A stretch of DNA of 63,951 nucleotides, filler included, from Dicyema japonicum (taxonomy: Eukaryota > Animalia > Dicyemida), in the NCBI GenBank assembly GCA_011109175.1. It is 7 parts of 7 records of this genome, joined end to end, with 100 filler letters (N's around TTAATTAATTAA, not from the genome) between each part and the next. Parts side by side here need not be neighbours in the genome. Positions count along the whole stretch, not along the records: positions 1 to 25,957 come from RDEW01000011.1; positions 26,058 to 44,299 come from RDEW01000012.1; 5 more parts are not named here. The stretch is one strand, 5' to 3'. Below the pieces are notes generated by a model that was given only the letters and a program-made list of their open reading frames with translations, was not told the DNA's origin and made no database searches. This document shows, in pieces, positions 23,915 to 37,770 of the stretch. Each line of letters starts with the position of its first letter. Position 1 is the first letter of the stretch. Position numbers and translations under genes: made by a program.

Positions 23915-25957
23915 TAAATGCAGCTTAAATCCCTTATGGAATGGCTAAGGAAGTGGAAAAACTAAAAAATGGAGCGCAGATGTTCAAGGCTGTTCACCTA
24001 CTACATAGAGGCACCCAGGCATCAAAAATCACAGTACACGATCAGTTTGGTAAGACGATGCTAAACAAAAACGAAATTATATCGGCCATATCTCGCCACT
24101 ATCAGCTGGCCTTCAATCAAAACGATGGGGAAAACGCCAAACAATTTGATGGCGGAGCACGAGAACTAAACATTCCGATAACGATTCTGGAAACAAAGAA
24201 CGCCCTGGACAAACTAAACAACAATAGAGCTGCTGGCCCTGACAACATAAACGCAGAACTTCTCAAATATGGACCGAGTGAGATCCCCGAGCATTTAACC
24301 AGGCAATGGCACATTAATCGCACTACAAAAACCGGGCAGAGCTAAAGGCCCCTTAACAAATTTAAGACCCATCGTACTATTGACGACTCTCCGCAAGACA
24401 CTATCACTTATAGTGTTGAATAGGATTGGACCTGACATTGAGAACTTTCTCTCTCACGGTCAAAGCGGATTCAGGCCAGGGAGATCTACAGATGATGTGG
24501 TCTGGCGACATCGATGGCTTTGTGCAATACATCAAAAGTATAAGGGGGCTACTGGCATCCTTGGCATGGATATGTCAAACGCCTTTGACACTATACACAG
24601 AGGGAAACTTCTCAATATCTTGGAGAATTTGGTTGACGAGGACAGTGTCAGAATAATCCGCCTATTACTCGGAACTACGCAGTTGAATGTACGTCTCGGT
24701 AATGTGGAGTCTGTCCCATTCGAGACAACGTTCTGGGTACCGCAGGGAGACTCCTTGTCACCTGTACTCTTTGTGACATATCTGGAGGCGGCACTCAGAG
24801 ACTTCAGATTATTAATTGGCAACCTACCTCAAACTGAAATGATTTATGCAGATGATATCGACTATATATCCAGCGAGAAAACATTAGACCATATACGAAC
24901 AAGGATGCCAGATGTGCTAGAAAAATGGTTCATCAAAATTAATGCCGAGAAAACTGAGACAACAACCATACGTCGTGAGTTAACCCGAACTGATGAAAAA
25001 TGGAGATACTGTAAAAAATTGGGGTCGCTGCTCGGAGACCCTGAGGATATCACCAACAGGAAAATGTTGGCCGTCGCGGCCTTTAGAAAAATGGGAGCAG
25101 TATGGATTCATCGTAAACAAATCAGCACACAATTACGTGTAAGACTATACAATGCCTTTGTAAAACCGGTTCTAATGTACAATGCTGCAACCTGGGGAGT
25201 CTCGCAAGCCTCAATGGACAAACTAGATTCCTTCCATCGTAAACAACTCCGACTGCTGCTTGGCATCAACTGGCCAAAAAATAACAAACAAGAACCTATA
25301 CAAAATATGCAATGCAAGACCATTGAGCCTGGACATCATTGAATCAAGATGGCGTCTATTTGGTCACATCCTTCGGATGAGCCAGATGACACCCGCCAAC
25401 ATAGCAATGGAGAACTATTTCTGCCCAGAANNNNNNNNNNNNNNNNNNNNNNNNNNNNNNNNNNCAAATCAGCACACAATTACGTGTAAGACTATACAAT
25501 GCCTTTGTAAAACCGGTTCTAATGTACAATGCGGCAACCTGGGGAGTCTCGCAAGCCTCAATGGACAAACTAGATTCCTTCCATCGTAAACAACTCCGAC
25601 TGCTGCTTGGCATCAACTGGCCAAAGAAAATAACAAACAAGAACCTATACAAAATATGCAATGCAAGACCATTGAGCCTGGACATCATTGAATCAAGATG
25701 GCGTCTATTTGGTCACATCCTTCGGATGAGCCAGATGACACCTGCCAACATAGCAATGGAGAACTATTTCTGCCCAGAAGTGAACAACTCGTTCCGTGGA
25801 AGACCTCGCTTAACTTTGCCAGAGGTACTACACAAGGACCTGACCAATGTAAGACGAAAGCTGAAAACGGGAGATGATTTGGATATGCTCAGAGAAATTG
25901 CAAAGAACCGTAGATCTTGGAGGAACTTAGTTATGAGAATTGGGGAGAGAATAACCT
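23915..25957 (+). mobile_element. RTE-clade non-LTR retrotransposon RT, with an overlap duplication across the gap at about 25431
   Basis: AAGPDNI, MDMSNAFD, PQGDSLSP, YADDI, RWRLFGHILR. Confidence 0.9.
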
Positions 25958-26001
25958 NNNNNNNNNNNNNNNNNNNNNNNNNNNNNNNNNNNNNNNNNNN
26001 N

Positions 26002-26013
26002 TTAATTAATTAA
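26002..26013. other. Artificial contig spacer TTAATTAATTAA (also at 44344, 49696, 56298, 60727, 62512)
   Basis: Identical six-frame-stop 12-mer centred in 100-bp N blocks. Confidence 0.97.
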
Positions 26014-26159
26014 NNNNNNNNNNNNNNNNNNNNNNNNNNNNNNNNNNNNNNNNNNNNAAGTCACATGAATTGACTCCTTTTTTCCAACAAATATTATTTA
26101 GTAGTTTTTAATTTGATTTTAATAAACTTTGATAATATTATCAGGAGCGCACTAATCAC

Positions 26160-26420
26160 ACTGTACGCTGCAGAAGAGATGAAGAGGTCTAAATAAAGAA
26201 ATACCACAGGCCTTTGTATCGCGTTCACGTTCAGCACAAATGGTGTCGAGACAACTGGAGCAGGAAGTCATTGTCTTTCCTCGAGAAACTGACTTCTGAT
26301 TACACTCAGAAGCCATGTCTGTGAAACCAAATGGCAACCACCAGTCTATGTATGTTGCTATCCTGAAAGGGAACACGGAATCAATTACGTCGACAGGATT
26401 CAATAGTTAGAGTTAATAAA
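26160..26420 (+). mobile_element. Degraded CRE-like RLE endonuclease fragment
   Basis: AAEEMKRSK, GVETTGA and VAILKGN remnants. Confidence 0.5.
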
Positions 26421-28129
26421 TGATCTTAATTTAATTAAAACAGATTCGATGTGCATTATTTAATTTTCATGAGAGTTTTTACTAAAATTAATCAAGTTTT
26501 CTAAAAATTGTCTTGGAAAAAAAATCTTAAAGAAAATCTCAAGGTACGATTAGTTCAAAGACTATGAAATTTAGTTAAAAATAATTAAAAGTTATGTTTA
26601 TTAGAATTTAGAGTGTTGATAGAAATAGCCTTAAATCGATTGCAGAATTCACAGAAGCGTGTTTAAGCCCGTTAAGAACATTAATGAGATATTCTGTCAA
26701 AATTAATTCATGAAATTACCAATATTCACGATCATTGCTTTTAAAGAGTCGTTTGAATTGTCTTCAGATTTTAATAAATCAATTAATGATATGTTGAATA
26801 AGGAACAAACTAAATTATTATTTGACAACGAGTCTCCTTTAAATAGTTCTTCATTTATGCTTGAAACGGAAAAACAATTGCTTTCGCACAATTTAAAAAT
26901 GGTATAAATATAATTTCCTGTACATAAACTATCAAATTTTGTGGAAAAAAACAAGGTAACTTCCAACCTACAAATGTCATAATTTAAAATTACCTGAGTG
27001 ATATATTCTTTAGTGGTCACAACAAATGGGTAAAACGTTAATAAGTTACTGCATAAAATAATGAAAGTACTCATTAAGATAAAAATGTTGATAATCTGCC
27101 AAGTTGTTTGAAGATTTTCTTCAAATTTTCTCCATTTATCTTTGATATATAAAACTGTTTTTGTTAATCTTCTAAAATAATCAAATAAAAACCAAAAGAT
27201 TCAAAAATATCGGAAAACATTGAAACTGAATTCCAAACATCAGTTTCACTAATTCCAGGTTCATGAAAAGAATTTTTCCAAAAATTAATAATATAGGAAT
27301 AATAATCAAGAAAATCAAAAACAGTTTTCTAAATTAAGACAATAAAAACACCTTCCCTAAAAACTGAATTCCTTAGTTTTATTAAGTTGTTTAGTTGCAA
27401 AAATTGTTCGAAATTCTAAAGATAATAAGAGAACAGTACAAAATTAAAAGATCTCATAATATCTAAAGACAGGGTTTTCAGCTTCAATGCTGCATCTGTT
27501 TGTGAGTGAGACTAACCATAAAGAAAAGAAGAGCATACATTTCAAAATATCCTGATATCTCAGAAAAAAGCAATATGCAGTACACTATTACCTTTTCCAA
27601 CGAATAGACTAACCATAAAGCAAAAAAAGAATTATTAAATGGAGAACGATGATCTACCGAATCGCTATAAACATATAATCTTCCTCTAAATGAACAAAAG
27701 GTTCAATGTCTCAGAAAAAAGCAATATGTAGTACACTATTACCTTTTCCAACGAATAGATAAACCATAAAGCAAAAAAAGAATTATCAAGTGGAGAACGA
27801 TGATCTACCGAATCGCTATAAACATATAATCTTCCTCTAAATGAACAAAAGGTTCAATGTAATATTGTCCGGAGATTGAAGTGATGGCGTATCTCTCTCT
27901 GGTGCACTACAACATATTCTATGTTTTCATCCCCTCAATATGAATGTAAGCTCTTTTTATCCGCGTATAATTGGCTCAGGAGACATCGAATGCACGAATT
28001 TAAGGAAATAAGAAATCATCGGATGTGCCAATGCATGGGCTATAATTTTGTCGGCACAAAATTGGTGGAACATTGATAAGTTGACCTTGAAGAGAACATT
28101 ACTGACTTAGGTTTATGTTTTTTTTACTT

Positions 28130-28622
28130 TTAGTGGTATATTTTTAACAATCAAAGTAATCCAGCTGAACTATCACGGAAGGTATAGAACGCCTGCCCTA
28201 TTCCCTCTCAGGATGGAGAACGAAATTCGCTCAAATAGCCAGCAGCGTTCAAGGAGATCTCTTGTTCGTGTAGAAATCCGATTCCCTAGACGACTTAGGA
28301 ACTCCAGCGTCGCAAACATAAGTGAACCAGACGTTTCAACGGCGAACAGAACAAGCAAAAAATCTTGAGATAGGGCCGCGTACTTTGCCTGTTTTGACTT
28401 CTCGGTCTTCTCAGCGGCAGAACAGGCTCCAGAAGCATTCTGATGTAGGTTGCAAGGGGGAATGTGTCGGTGCAGGTGACGTTTCAATCAAGGGTATTAC
28501 ATGCCATTAGCGAATAGAGAAATGTCTACAGAGCTGAGAATTCCAAGCCCTCCAAGTCTGAACGTAAGTGTAGCCTGCTTCCATGAGTATTCATTCCTCT
28601 AACCTGACACTGAATATACGTA
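28130..28622 (-). mobile_element. CRE-like non-LTR retrotransposon 3' fragment
   Basis: QATL.FRLGGLGI, SAAEKTEKSKQAKY, FAVETSGS, WLFERISFSILRGN. Confidence 0.8.
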
Positions 28623-28818
28623 ACGCTGTTGAACGGAAGATCNNNNNNNNNNNNNNNNNNNNNNNNNNNNNNNNNNNNNNNNNNNNNNNNNNNNNNNNNN
28701 NNNNNNNNNNNNNNNNNNNNNNNNNNNNNNNNNNNNNNNNNNNNNNNNNNNNNNNNNNNNNNNNNNNNNNNNNNNNNNNNNNNNNNNNNNNNNNNNNNNN
28801 NNNNNNNNNNNNNNNNNA

Positions 28819-29010
28819 GAAGCCACCGGGTCTCACGTGCGTCGTGGCTTTTTATTGTAGCTAAGCGTCCAAGTTTCTTTAGGAAGCGAAGCGATTTTCC
28901 ACTTATTCCTCCAGTTGTCTCGACCACTATCGGATAAAACGCGAATCGGTCGCTTAGCGCTTCGTATTTCTTCTCCTTTGCCCTCATCGTTTTTGTTCCG
29001 CGGCATACTT
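28819..29010 (-). mobile_element. CRE-like RLE endonuclease fragment (different subfamily)
   Basis: KEKKYEAL...FYPIVVETTGG...LKKLGR...RETRWL. Confidence 0.75.
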
Positions 29011-30169
29011 TGTGTCTACCGCGCTCCCGACAGTTTTGGACGGGTAACTACGTCGAACATGTTTTTAGACAAAATTAAAAATTTCGGTTTTCCTTTAAAA
29101 ATCGGGGACCGTTCATGGTCTCCCATTTTGTCCCATACTACATCGAACATGTTTTTAGACAAAATTAAAAATTTCGTTTTTCCTCCGAAAAGAATCCGGT
29201 AACCATTTGTTTTAGAATGATAAGCATGACTTATCAGCTCGGACGTGATACTATACGAAAATAAATAACATTTTAAATATTTTTCCTTACAAATCGTGAA
29301 AATAAATGAGTTTTCGATTCTGAAAACAGCCACCTTTGGTGAAAACCTGTTTTATTATAAAGTTAATATTTAAAGATATTAGATGACTCAATTTCCATGC
29401 TAATACGCTTTTACTATTAAGATCTAATACTTCAACAATCCTATAAATTCATATTTGTTGGAATAAAAACATCAGAAAATGAATCCTGCAAAGAGAAATC
29501 TTCACTAAATCCATGCTAATACGCTTTTACTATTAAGATCTAATACTTCAACAATCCTATAAATTCATATTTGTTGGAATAAAAACATCAGAAAATGAAT
29601 CCTGCAAAGAGAAATCTTCACTAAATAAGGAACTTGGTTAGAAAGGATTCCATTGATAATACCAAGTTACAGTAATCATATTGTTGCTCGGTAGTTCCAG
29701 TTCTATATTTTAGTGATGGTCGTTTCTGAGTTATCCAATAGGCGTCGTAGTTTGAATCCAGGTGGTTATATTATATTGGCATATAGTCAACTTAAATTAN
29801 NNNNNNNNNNNNNNNNNNNNNNNTAGTTCCAGTTCTATATTTTAGTGATGGTCGTTTCTGAGTTATCCAAATTCGAAATTCTCCAAATCTAAATAGCCTA
29901 GTGGTTAATATTGTCCGGAGATTGAAGTGATGGCGTATCTCTGGTGCACTACAGCATATTCTATGTTTTCATCTCCTCAATATAAATGTAAGCTCTTTAA
30001 ACCGCGCATAATTGGCTCAGGAGACATCGAATGCACGAATTTAAGGAAATAAGAATTCATCGAATGTGCCAATGCATGGGCTATAATTTTGTCGGCATAA
30101 AATTGGTGGAACATTGATAAGTTGACCTTGAAGAGAACATTACTGACTTAGGTTTATGTTTTTTTAATT

Positions 30170-31000
30170 TTAGTGGTATATTTTTAACAATCAAAGTAAT
30201 CCAGCTGAACTATCACGGAAGGTCATAGAGCGCCTGCCCTATTCCCTCTCAGGATGGAGAACGAAATTCGCTCAAATAGCCAGCAGCGTTCAAGGAGATT
30301 TCTTGTTCGTGTAGAAATCCGATTCCCTAGAAGACTTAGGAACTCCAGCGTCGCAGACATAAGTGAACCAGACGTTTCAACGGCGAACGGAACAAGCAAA
30401 AAATCCTGAGATAGGGCCGCGTACTTTGCCTGTTTTGACCTCTCGGTCTTCTCAGCGGCAAAACAGGCTCCAGAGGCATTCTGATGTAGGTTGCAAGGGG
30501 GAATGTGTCGGTGCAGGTGACGTTCCAGTCAAGGGTATTACAGGCCATTAGCGAAGAGAGAAATGTCTACAGGGCTGAGAATTCCAAGCCCTCCAAGTCT
30601 GAACGTAAGTGTGGCCTGCTTCCATGAGTATTCATTCTTCTAACCTGACACTGAATATACGTAACGCTGTTGAACGGAAGATCCCATCAACATGTGCGAG
30701 TTTATCGCATTGGTGAATAGGGAACAGTCATCATATGCAAGCCTCTGTAAGTTGAGGCTGTTCTTTAGGAGAAATAATGATGTATGGAAGTTAAGTAGAC
30801 ACAAAGGTCCAAAATCTCTTCGAATAACAGTTGTTTCCCCATATAGTTCTCCTCATTACACGCATGCTAATTGGAGATCCGAGGAAATACTTTTAGGGAA
30901 TAAATTCGCAAAAGATCACACAGCTTGTGAATACTTCTCTGAAAGTCCACAATTGTAGATTTCGCATTTACTGCAATCTAATTCCAGCTTCTGACAGGGC
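30170..31000 (-). mobile_element. CRE-like non-LTR retrotransposon fragment
   Basis: FLLKNSLNLQRL, WKQATLTFRLGGLGI, LDWNVTCTDTF, AVETSG, ILRGN. Confidence 0.8.
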
Positions 31001-32169
31001 TAGAATTATCATTTCCAAACCCAACACAGGCATCAAGCAGCTTGTCTTCATGGAACCAAAATCCTTTTCTCTTAATAAAAACATACTATAGTTCATCACT
31101 GAAGGAATCCAGTTGACCTCAGGCAGAAATTCTCTTCAGCAATAGAGAGGTTCTCAACCATCAACATGTTAATTGGTTCTGTCATGGTAAAATTCACGGT
31201 TTGAACTAGCTCAAGTAGAAAGTAAGGGAAGACAAAGGTTGTCCGACACTAGGTCACCGGAACCGCCAATTATATCAACTTTTATACGGGTCACTAAAAG
31301 TCATAATCTCACATGTCCCACAAAAAGTGACTTTAAATCAGATGATAGTTCAAATCAAAGAAAGACATTGTAGTTGCGGGACATTTTCACAAATTCCCTA
31401 CAGCACAATTCAGGAGAAAGACATCCTGCCACTTAATATATTCTAGGGAATTCCTTGGGCCATGGTTAATGTTATTTATTTATTAACCCCGGATACACCG
31501 AGAAAGAAGTTAAAGTAAACAACTAATTAAGTGTATCCAGTTTCTACTTCTACAGAGTCCATCCGGAATCAGCATAAAGGGTAAGACGTCCATACTTGCA
31601 TTTGTGGAAACCCCTCCAGTGGAGTGGGGGAGAGCAAATGATCCTTTTCGTGCCGGCCTGGCACTGGGCGCCACCTAGACAGGTGGATCGCATGACGCCA
31701 CTCTAATAGGAAAAGAGAGGAGGAACAGACGGAATACAGAAACTTCAACCAATTAAACACGAAGCACCACATAGAGCCACGCGGAATAGTTACTACTGTT
31801 AAATATTAACCTACAAAAATAGTTTATTAAAACAAATATAACGAAACATCATAACAGGATATATTAATGTATGAACAGACAAATGCCAGAGTCATTTAAT
31901 ATTAGCATCGAACGCCATTCGAAATGATTAGTTCCGAATTAAATTAATGCTCACTAAACACATAAAACGTCAGAGTAAATGCCAGAGTCATTTAATATTA
32001 GCATCGAACGCCATTCGAAATGATTAGTTCCGAATTAAATTAATGCTCACTAAACACATAAAACGTCAGAGTGATATTTAAATTTTCATAAAATAAAAAA
32101 ATAGATTTAATATATTTTAATAAAACTAAAGTGAAAAGTCCGATAAAGATTTGGAATTAAAAATATAAC

Positions 32170-33770
32170 CGGTTCTATGGTTGAGGACCTGGTTCGCTTG
32201 TGTTGTAAACACCACTCAAACATGCAGATATAAACTGGATAATGTGAAGGATGTCATCGGTTCTTCTTACAACTTTCTTTGAATTGACAGAAAATTACCT
32301 TTTTAAATGCCAGGAACCTATACAATGTCCATCTCCCACACTGAACGTGACAGATCTACAAGAATTTGCCGCGTCCTAGTTAATAACTGAAGGATCACAC
32401 AAACATGGTAAAATAAACAATATACGGAGACCTAAACATACGAACAACGGTTTGATGCTTACAAGAGACTGAAATAAAAGTGGATTTGATCACAAATAGA
32501 ATCTCCGATTACTATCGGATTCAGCATCAATGTATAAAGGATCATTATTCAGGAATCCACAATGACAAGGATGAAAACTGGAGACAAATAGTCTAGAGGA
32601 CTCATCGTAGACGAACCGCTCACAAATTGAGATCTCTACTCATTCTATTCTGAACTAACAAAAATGTAAATGGATACAGAAATGTTCCTGATTTCTGTCA
32701 CTGAAGATTGGAACGCATTAACCATGACAGAAGTACTATATACTTCCCTGAGAATGCATAGATCATCATGACTTTCAATCTTTTCTTCTGTAGCACATGA
32801 TCCCGACGCTCTGCGAAGCACAAAACTGCCTGAAAGGGTTACAGACGAGATCATTCTAAGATGATATAAGGATATGTAATCAGACTGATTACATCATCTG
32901 CCGTCATAAAGATAAATGCAAACTAGAAAAATCTCGATTATATGGGGGGATATCACAAAAGTGACCACAATATAATTTTGGGTAGAATTGATACCAAAAC
33001 CTTCATGCAGCATGAAGACAAAGAAGCCTTCTGAAAAGATATTTCTCAATTCATGTTACTCAGACAAATAGCTTATATCGAATAATCTAGAAGGGATGAT
33101 ATAGGAAATCGTGAAACAAAAGAACACGGTTGACTTAATTACAAAGAAACAGTCTTGAAATGGTTGCTCGGGGAGATCCTGAGGTATTACAAAAGTTTAT
33201 AAATCAGAGACTTTAACAATCAGCAGATCTGATAGTATAATAAATGAATTCTGAGGAGCTCTGGAAAATTTCCAAGGCACGATATTATTAAACGTGGTCT
33301 TGAAGCTCCTGGTTTCCATTCAATCATAGAGCCTGTTGTATTTAATCGAGAAGATGGGAGAAGAGAGAATGACGATCTTCACATTTATAAAAGGATGATC
33401 TCTCGTGTTTACTATCATTTGTGTTGATACATTTCCCTTTACAAATATGGTACCCAGTGCAACCTCAGTTTGTCCTGCCATTGACTCTGCCGAACATAGG
33501 AAACTTGATATCCCGTTTACACATCGTTCCAATCGCGTTAGAGACTTTTAATGTAGTCGACACTCTCACCAGAAGTGCTCTCTGAGAAATTAAAAGCACA
33601 ATCTCTTCAAGACAGAAAGATTTTCGAAATCGACGTTGGTTCCGCGAACGTTTTGGAATTGCCATCATTTGCAGCAATGCCTTAAATCTCTGACAGCTAA
33701 TGCCTGACTCACTTTTCCCGATATTAAAAAATTATGATTTGAGCAAAAATAGCAACTTTAATAAAGAATC
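32170..33770 (-). CDS. Probable micro-intron-split gene, product unknown
   Basis: Coding-like composition between AT-rich spacers, chained short minus-strand ORFs (32645-32854, 33320-33532, 33465-33677), hydrophobic start region; exon structure unresolved. Confidence 0.3.
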
Positions 33771-33839
33771 CATTATCGACTATTACTTAGTTTAAGAAGT
33801 ATTTTTTCCATTTGATTTCTTCCTTTGAATAATTAAAAT

Positions 33840-36800
33840 TCAGTACATGTTTATCCTAACTTTCGATCGATGACCGAATCTGTCATTTTTGAAAATTGTG
33901 AACCACCCAAATGAGGTGGGGGAAGAAAGGAAGTACCCATTTCCATATTGGGAGAACTCCAAGGACTTTCTGGAATAACACAGTCATTAACATGGAAAAC
34001 TGATCTTCGAAGCATTTTGTTGAAAATAAAACTTTCAGATCAGGAAACGACATAAAATTTAAAGTGTCGTCCCCAAGTAAATATACGAGTCCCTTAACTT
34101 TGTTATTTTTAAAATCGTTCCTTTGGACGTAATCGATCTTTAGACAGCACGTGGAATTACTTTTTGGGACAAAACGTGCTGAATTGTGTAGTTTGAGGTC
34201 CCTTAGATTATAAATCTATCATTTTGTAGATTCCACTAACTTTGACTTTTCGGTTTGTGCAAATGACCAGACGGTCCTCTCCCTTCGCCATGGTAGAGGC
34301 ATTGTCGATGAGGTCATAATCACAGGTCAACACGAATATTTCCAATATTGGATCTTTGTTGATTAAAAGAATCTCGTCAGCTAAACATTATTCGATTTAC
34401 ATGCCGAGATTGATCAGTGGAGTTTGGAATCTGTCATCTATGGCCGAAGGATGAGACTTTACAGTAAATATAAGAACCCTTCCAGAATTGGTTCCCACAA
34501 ATAGTTTGAGTCCTGAACTGTTACTGATAAAGTCTAAAGTCACATCCTTCCACCAACCAGATTTAAGTTGAGTGTGAGCAAAGCATATGGCCTCTATTGA
34601 GTAGTCAGGTATGAGAGAACTCTGATGGTTTGTTTCCACGTGCAAATTCCTGAAGCTCTGTCGTCTCGAAAAAGATCTCCTAAAAGATCTATTGAGTCTG
34701 CTGAACGATCTAGTTAATGCCGGTTCCACGTTATCTAAACATGAAACTCATGAGTAACTATTAGGGATCGTAGTATCAAGTAAATATATGCACGTGCTAT
34801 TGGCGTAGTCCAAAATGGCGAAACCGTGAGTAGTCCCAATGGCAAGCCTAGAATTTACAAGTTCCATACTTTTTGGCTTGGGAAAAGAGACTCAGTTGAA
34901 TGGAAGAATAAACTGGGTAGATTTTGAAGACGGATAACAAAAGAAATCTCCCACGTGTATTCTTAAAGGTGGAACTGTCTGAATTTGAGTAAAAAGGACG
35001 GTTGGCCACAATGTTAACTGTTGTGACCTGCGAGGATTCAGCACAAGGACAGACCGCGACCGATGATCCGTTTTCTCTTGAATGTTCCTCTGAGCAGTCG
35101 AAAATCATGACGTGGTCCACAAAACCACAAATAACAAAAATATTGGAAGTCGTATCGTAATATAGTTTATTAATTGTGAATCGTTTGTCATTGGATCCAA
35201 AATGGTGGTTAGAAACCTAAATTTAATTCCTTACTCACTTGGGAAATTTTGGGATGCCCAAGGTCGGGGATTTCTTTAAAACTGAATCCAAAATATCTGG
35301 AAACGTTCATTTTGAGTAGTGGGTGAATACTAAACTCCGCAGCCTGCCAGAACCCTACCACCCCCTCCATGTGACTAGATTGATTAGACAAGTCACCCGG
35401 TAATGATGATTTCTGACACATCGTTCGTTTCTCCCAGTTGATAGTCATTTCTCAGCATCCACGACTTTTTATAACTGCAATTTTCAGAATTTGGCCAGGA
35501 ATCCTTGGAGTACAGCTTTTGGGTTGATTTCTGGGACAAGAACATGCACTGTGAGCAGACAATTTCGGGGATATTGACAGAACAGAGATACGAGGGGTTG
35601 ATTTCCTTCCACTCATCGTCGATGAGGTCGATGGCGATTAACTCATCCTCAGTGAAGACCAACAGAAAGCTGGGAGAGTCTGAGAATTCAAAATGCGCAG
35701 TTTAACCTGATTGATCACGAATAACTAGAAAATCAATGATTTTCATGTTGAACTGGAATACCTTGTGATTCGAGGAATTCACCAACGTCAAAGTGTCCTC
35801 GCAGTGAAAAGACTGGGGAGTTCCACCAATGAAACACAAATAATTGTTGGAACTTATGAATTCTATTTTTCTGATGGGACAACAGACTGCATAAGCTTCA
35901 ACCAAACCTTGGTCATAAGCGGAGATCTTGAAGGAATTGTTTACACCGTTTTCGTTGTATATCGAATATTTTCCGTCCTTGAATGCACACACGAAGGCGT
36001 TGCCTTTGGAATTCCAGGAAACTGTGCTAATAATCTAAACTAGCCCAATATAAGTTTACAGAGTTCATGATACATCGATTTATGGGCACATTCTTCTGCA
36101 TATCCCAAATAATCAGCATTCCGTTGTTGAAGAAAATCAAAAAGAGAGCCGCATTGACTGGATTGTTCTTCATCGACACAATGTAGACATCCCCTCCATT
36201 ATTTCTGCTACAGATTATACACTCAGACAAACTTTTCCTTGCTTTTAATCAAAAATTTGGTTTTGGGGGAAAAGTTGGACAGATCGAGCACAACAATGTC
36301 TTCTTCTTCCCTCAAAGCCCGGTTATCCACTCCAAGCAACAGTTTTTTGTTGACTACGATCGCACAGGAAATTTTTGAATCGATTCTATGACTTATTATC
36401 TAAACTAACATTGTTGCTATATTGATTGAGTTTATCCAAATTACCAAAGTCCCCTCTTCGCATTCCTGGAGTTGGTAGACGGATATTTCTTTGTCCCCAA
36501 TCAGGATAATTTGTTTCTAGTTCTAATAAACCCAAAACCTTGCTGCTTCTAAAAAACAGAAGTCCCCTCTTCGCATTCCTGGAGTTGGTAGACGGATATT
36601 TCTTTGTCCCCAATCAGGATAATTTGTTTCTAGTTCTAATAAACCCAAAACCTTGCTGCTTCTAAAAAACAGATAATTTCCGTTTTCGTTTATTGGACAT
36701 TGAACCTCTGTTCCAGGATATCCGTAACTAAGTTTCAGTAAAACGTGAATACATGTGCAAGATATTCCTTGCGGTTATTGCTATCAAGTCGAGTTTTTTA

Positions 36801-36964
36801 TCATATGCCACGACTGTCGGCCTGTATGGATAACCAATATCAAGAGTCTATACGACTTTATCTGTGTCTTTGATTACCTTGGAGAGATTAAAGGAGTCTT
36901 TGAGTTGAAAATCTTCATCATCATGGTAGAAGTTTTTAAATAGATTTGTGATGTAGCTTAACAT
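33840..36964 (-). CDS. LLGL: Lethal giant larvae (Lgl/tomosyn family WD40 polarity protein), many micro-introns
   Basis: MLSY...FNLSK|TLDIGYPYRPTVVAYD...LHI|YGYPG, FTEDELIAIDL, ITG|HMEGVVGFW, LAIGTTHGFAILDY, basic Ser cluster RSFSRLNRSFRRSFSRRQSFR (aPKC-site region that favours Lgl over tomosyn), LFVGTNSG, GNGYFLSSP. Not every intron was resolved; the 3' end is approximate. Confidence 0.85.
36448..36673. repeat. 113-bp tandem duplication inside Lgl
   Basis: 36448-36560 is repeated at 36561-36673. Confidence 0.9.
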
Positions 36965-37659
36965 TAATTAGGTCGAAAATTATTTTTTTATTTTATTGTT
37001 TTTAGGGTCAAATCTCGATTAAATTAAATTAAAAAAATAATTTTTTATATTTTGAAAATAATAATTTTATCATTTAAATACGGAATATTTTAATAAATCA
37101 TAATTAATTAAGTTTGATTATTCCGTGGACTCGCTGTTCATTATTATAAACACGTGTTGTCATAATAATTTTACCATTTAAATACGGAATATTTTAATAA
37201 ATCATAATTAATTAAGTTTGATTATTCCGTGGACTCGCTGTTCATTATTATAAACACGTGTTGTCACTCTGACCTGTAGTAAAGTCACTAGATTAGCTGT
37301 GGGTTCCATTCCCACACCGCTATGTCAATGGTAGAAGTTAGTTCTGCTTTCTGCCTTTTTCAAATTTTACATGTCTCATTTGATCGAGGAAACGCCCAAT
37401 ACCTGGGTGGCATCCAAAGAAGATCGCAAAGGAGATTTAAGAAATAACGAACATGGGTGGATGTGATGCTTGGAAAGGAAGCGCTTCACTCCTATCATGG
37501 GGACTTGTATGTCCTAATTAGATGTTAATTAACTCTTAAATTCTTCCCTGTATATCCGTGCTTATTAAATAAATAATATTTTCTAAATACTATAAATTTT
37601 ATTTCAATTAACCAAAACAATTAGTAAATGGTCCCCGACGACATAATCACGATTGCAAC

Positions 37660-37770
37660 GAATATCAACTGGAGAAGCCTTGGGTCTCACGCACGTCGTG
37701 GCTTTTGAGTGTAGCTCGATAGCCCAGCTTCTTGAGAAAGCGAAGCAATTTCTCGCTTATTCATCCAGTT
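37660..37770 (-). mobile_element. CRE-like 3' remnant
   Basis: Similar to 28819-28920 (LRFLKKLG...HDVRETQ). Confidence 0.55.

Larger units (their letters stand above)
19090..25957. repeat. Direct segmental duplication, copy 2 (of about 3730-10260)
   Basis: Colinear match including identical element junctions; contains gaps. Confidence 0.9.
27860..30682. repeat. Direct duplication of about 760 bp (about 27860-28622 and 29905-30682)
   Basis: Colinear near-identical sequence including the CRE-like 3' end and its flank. Confidence 0.9.

Noticed and set aside
27530-32075. Repeated units as a possible CRISPR array
   Set aside because: Only two-copy duplications with no repeat-spacer periodicity and no cas genes; eukaryotic context.
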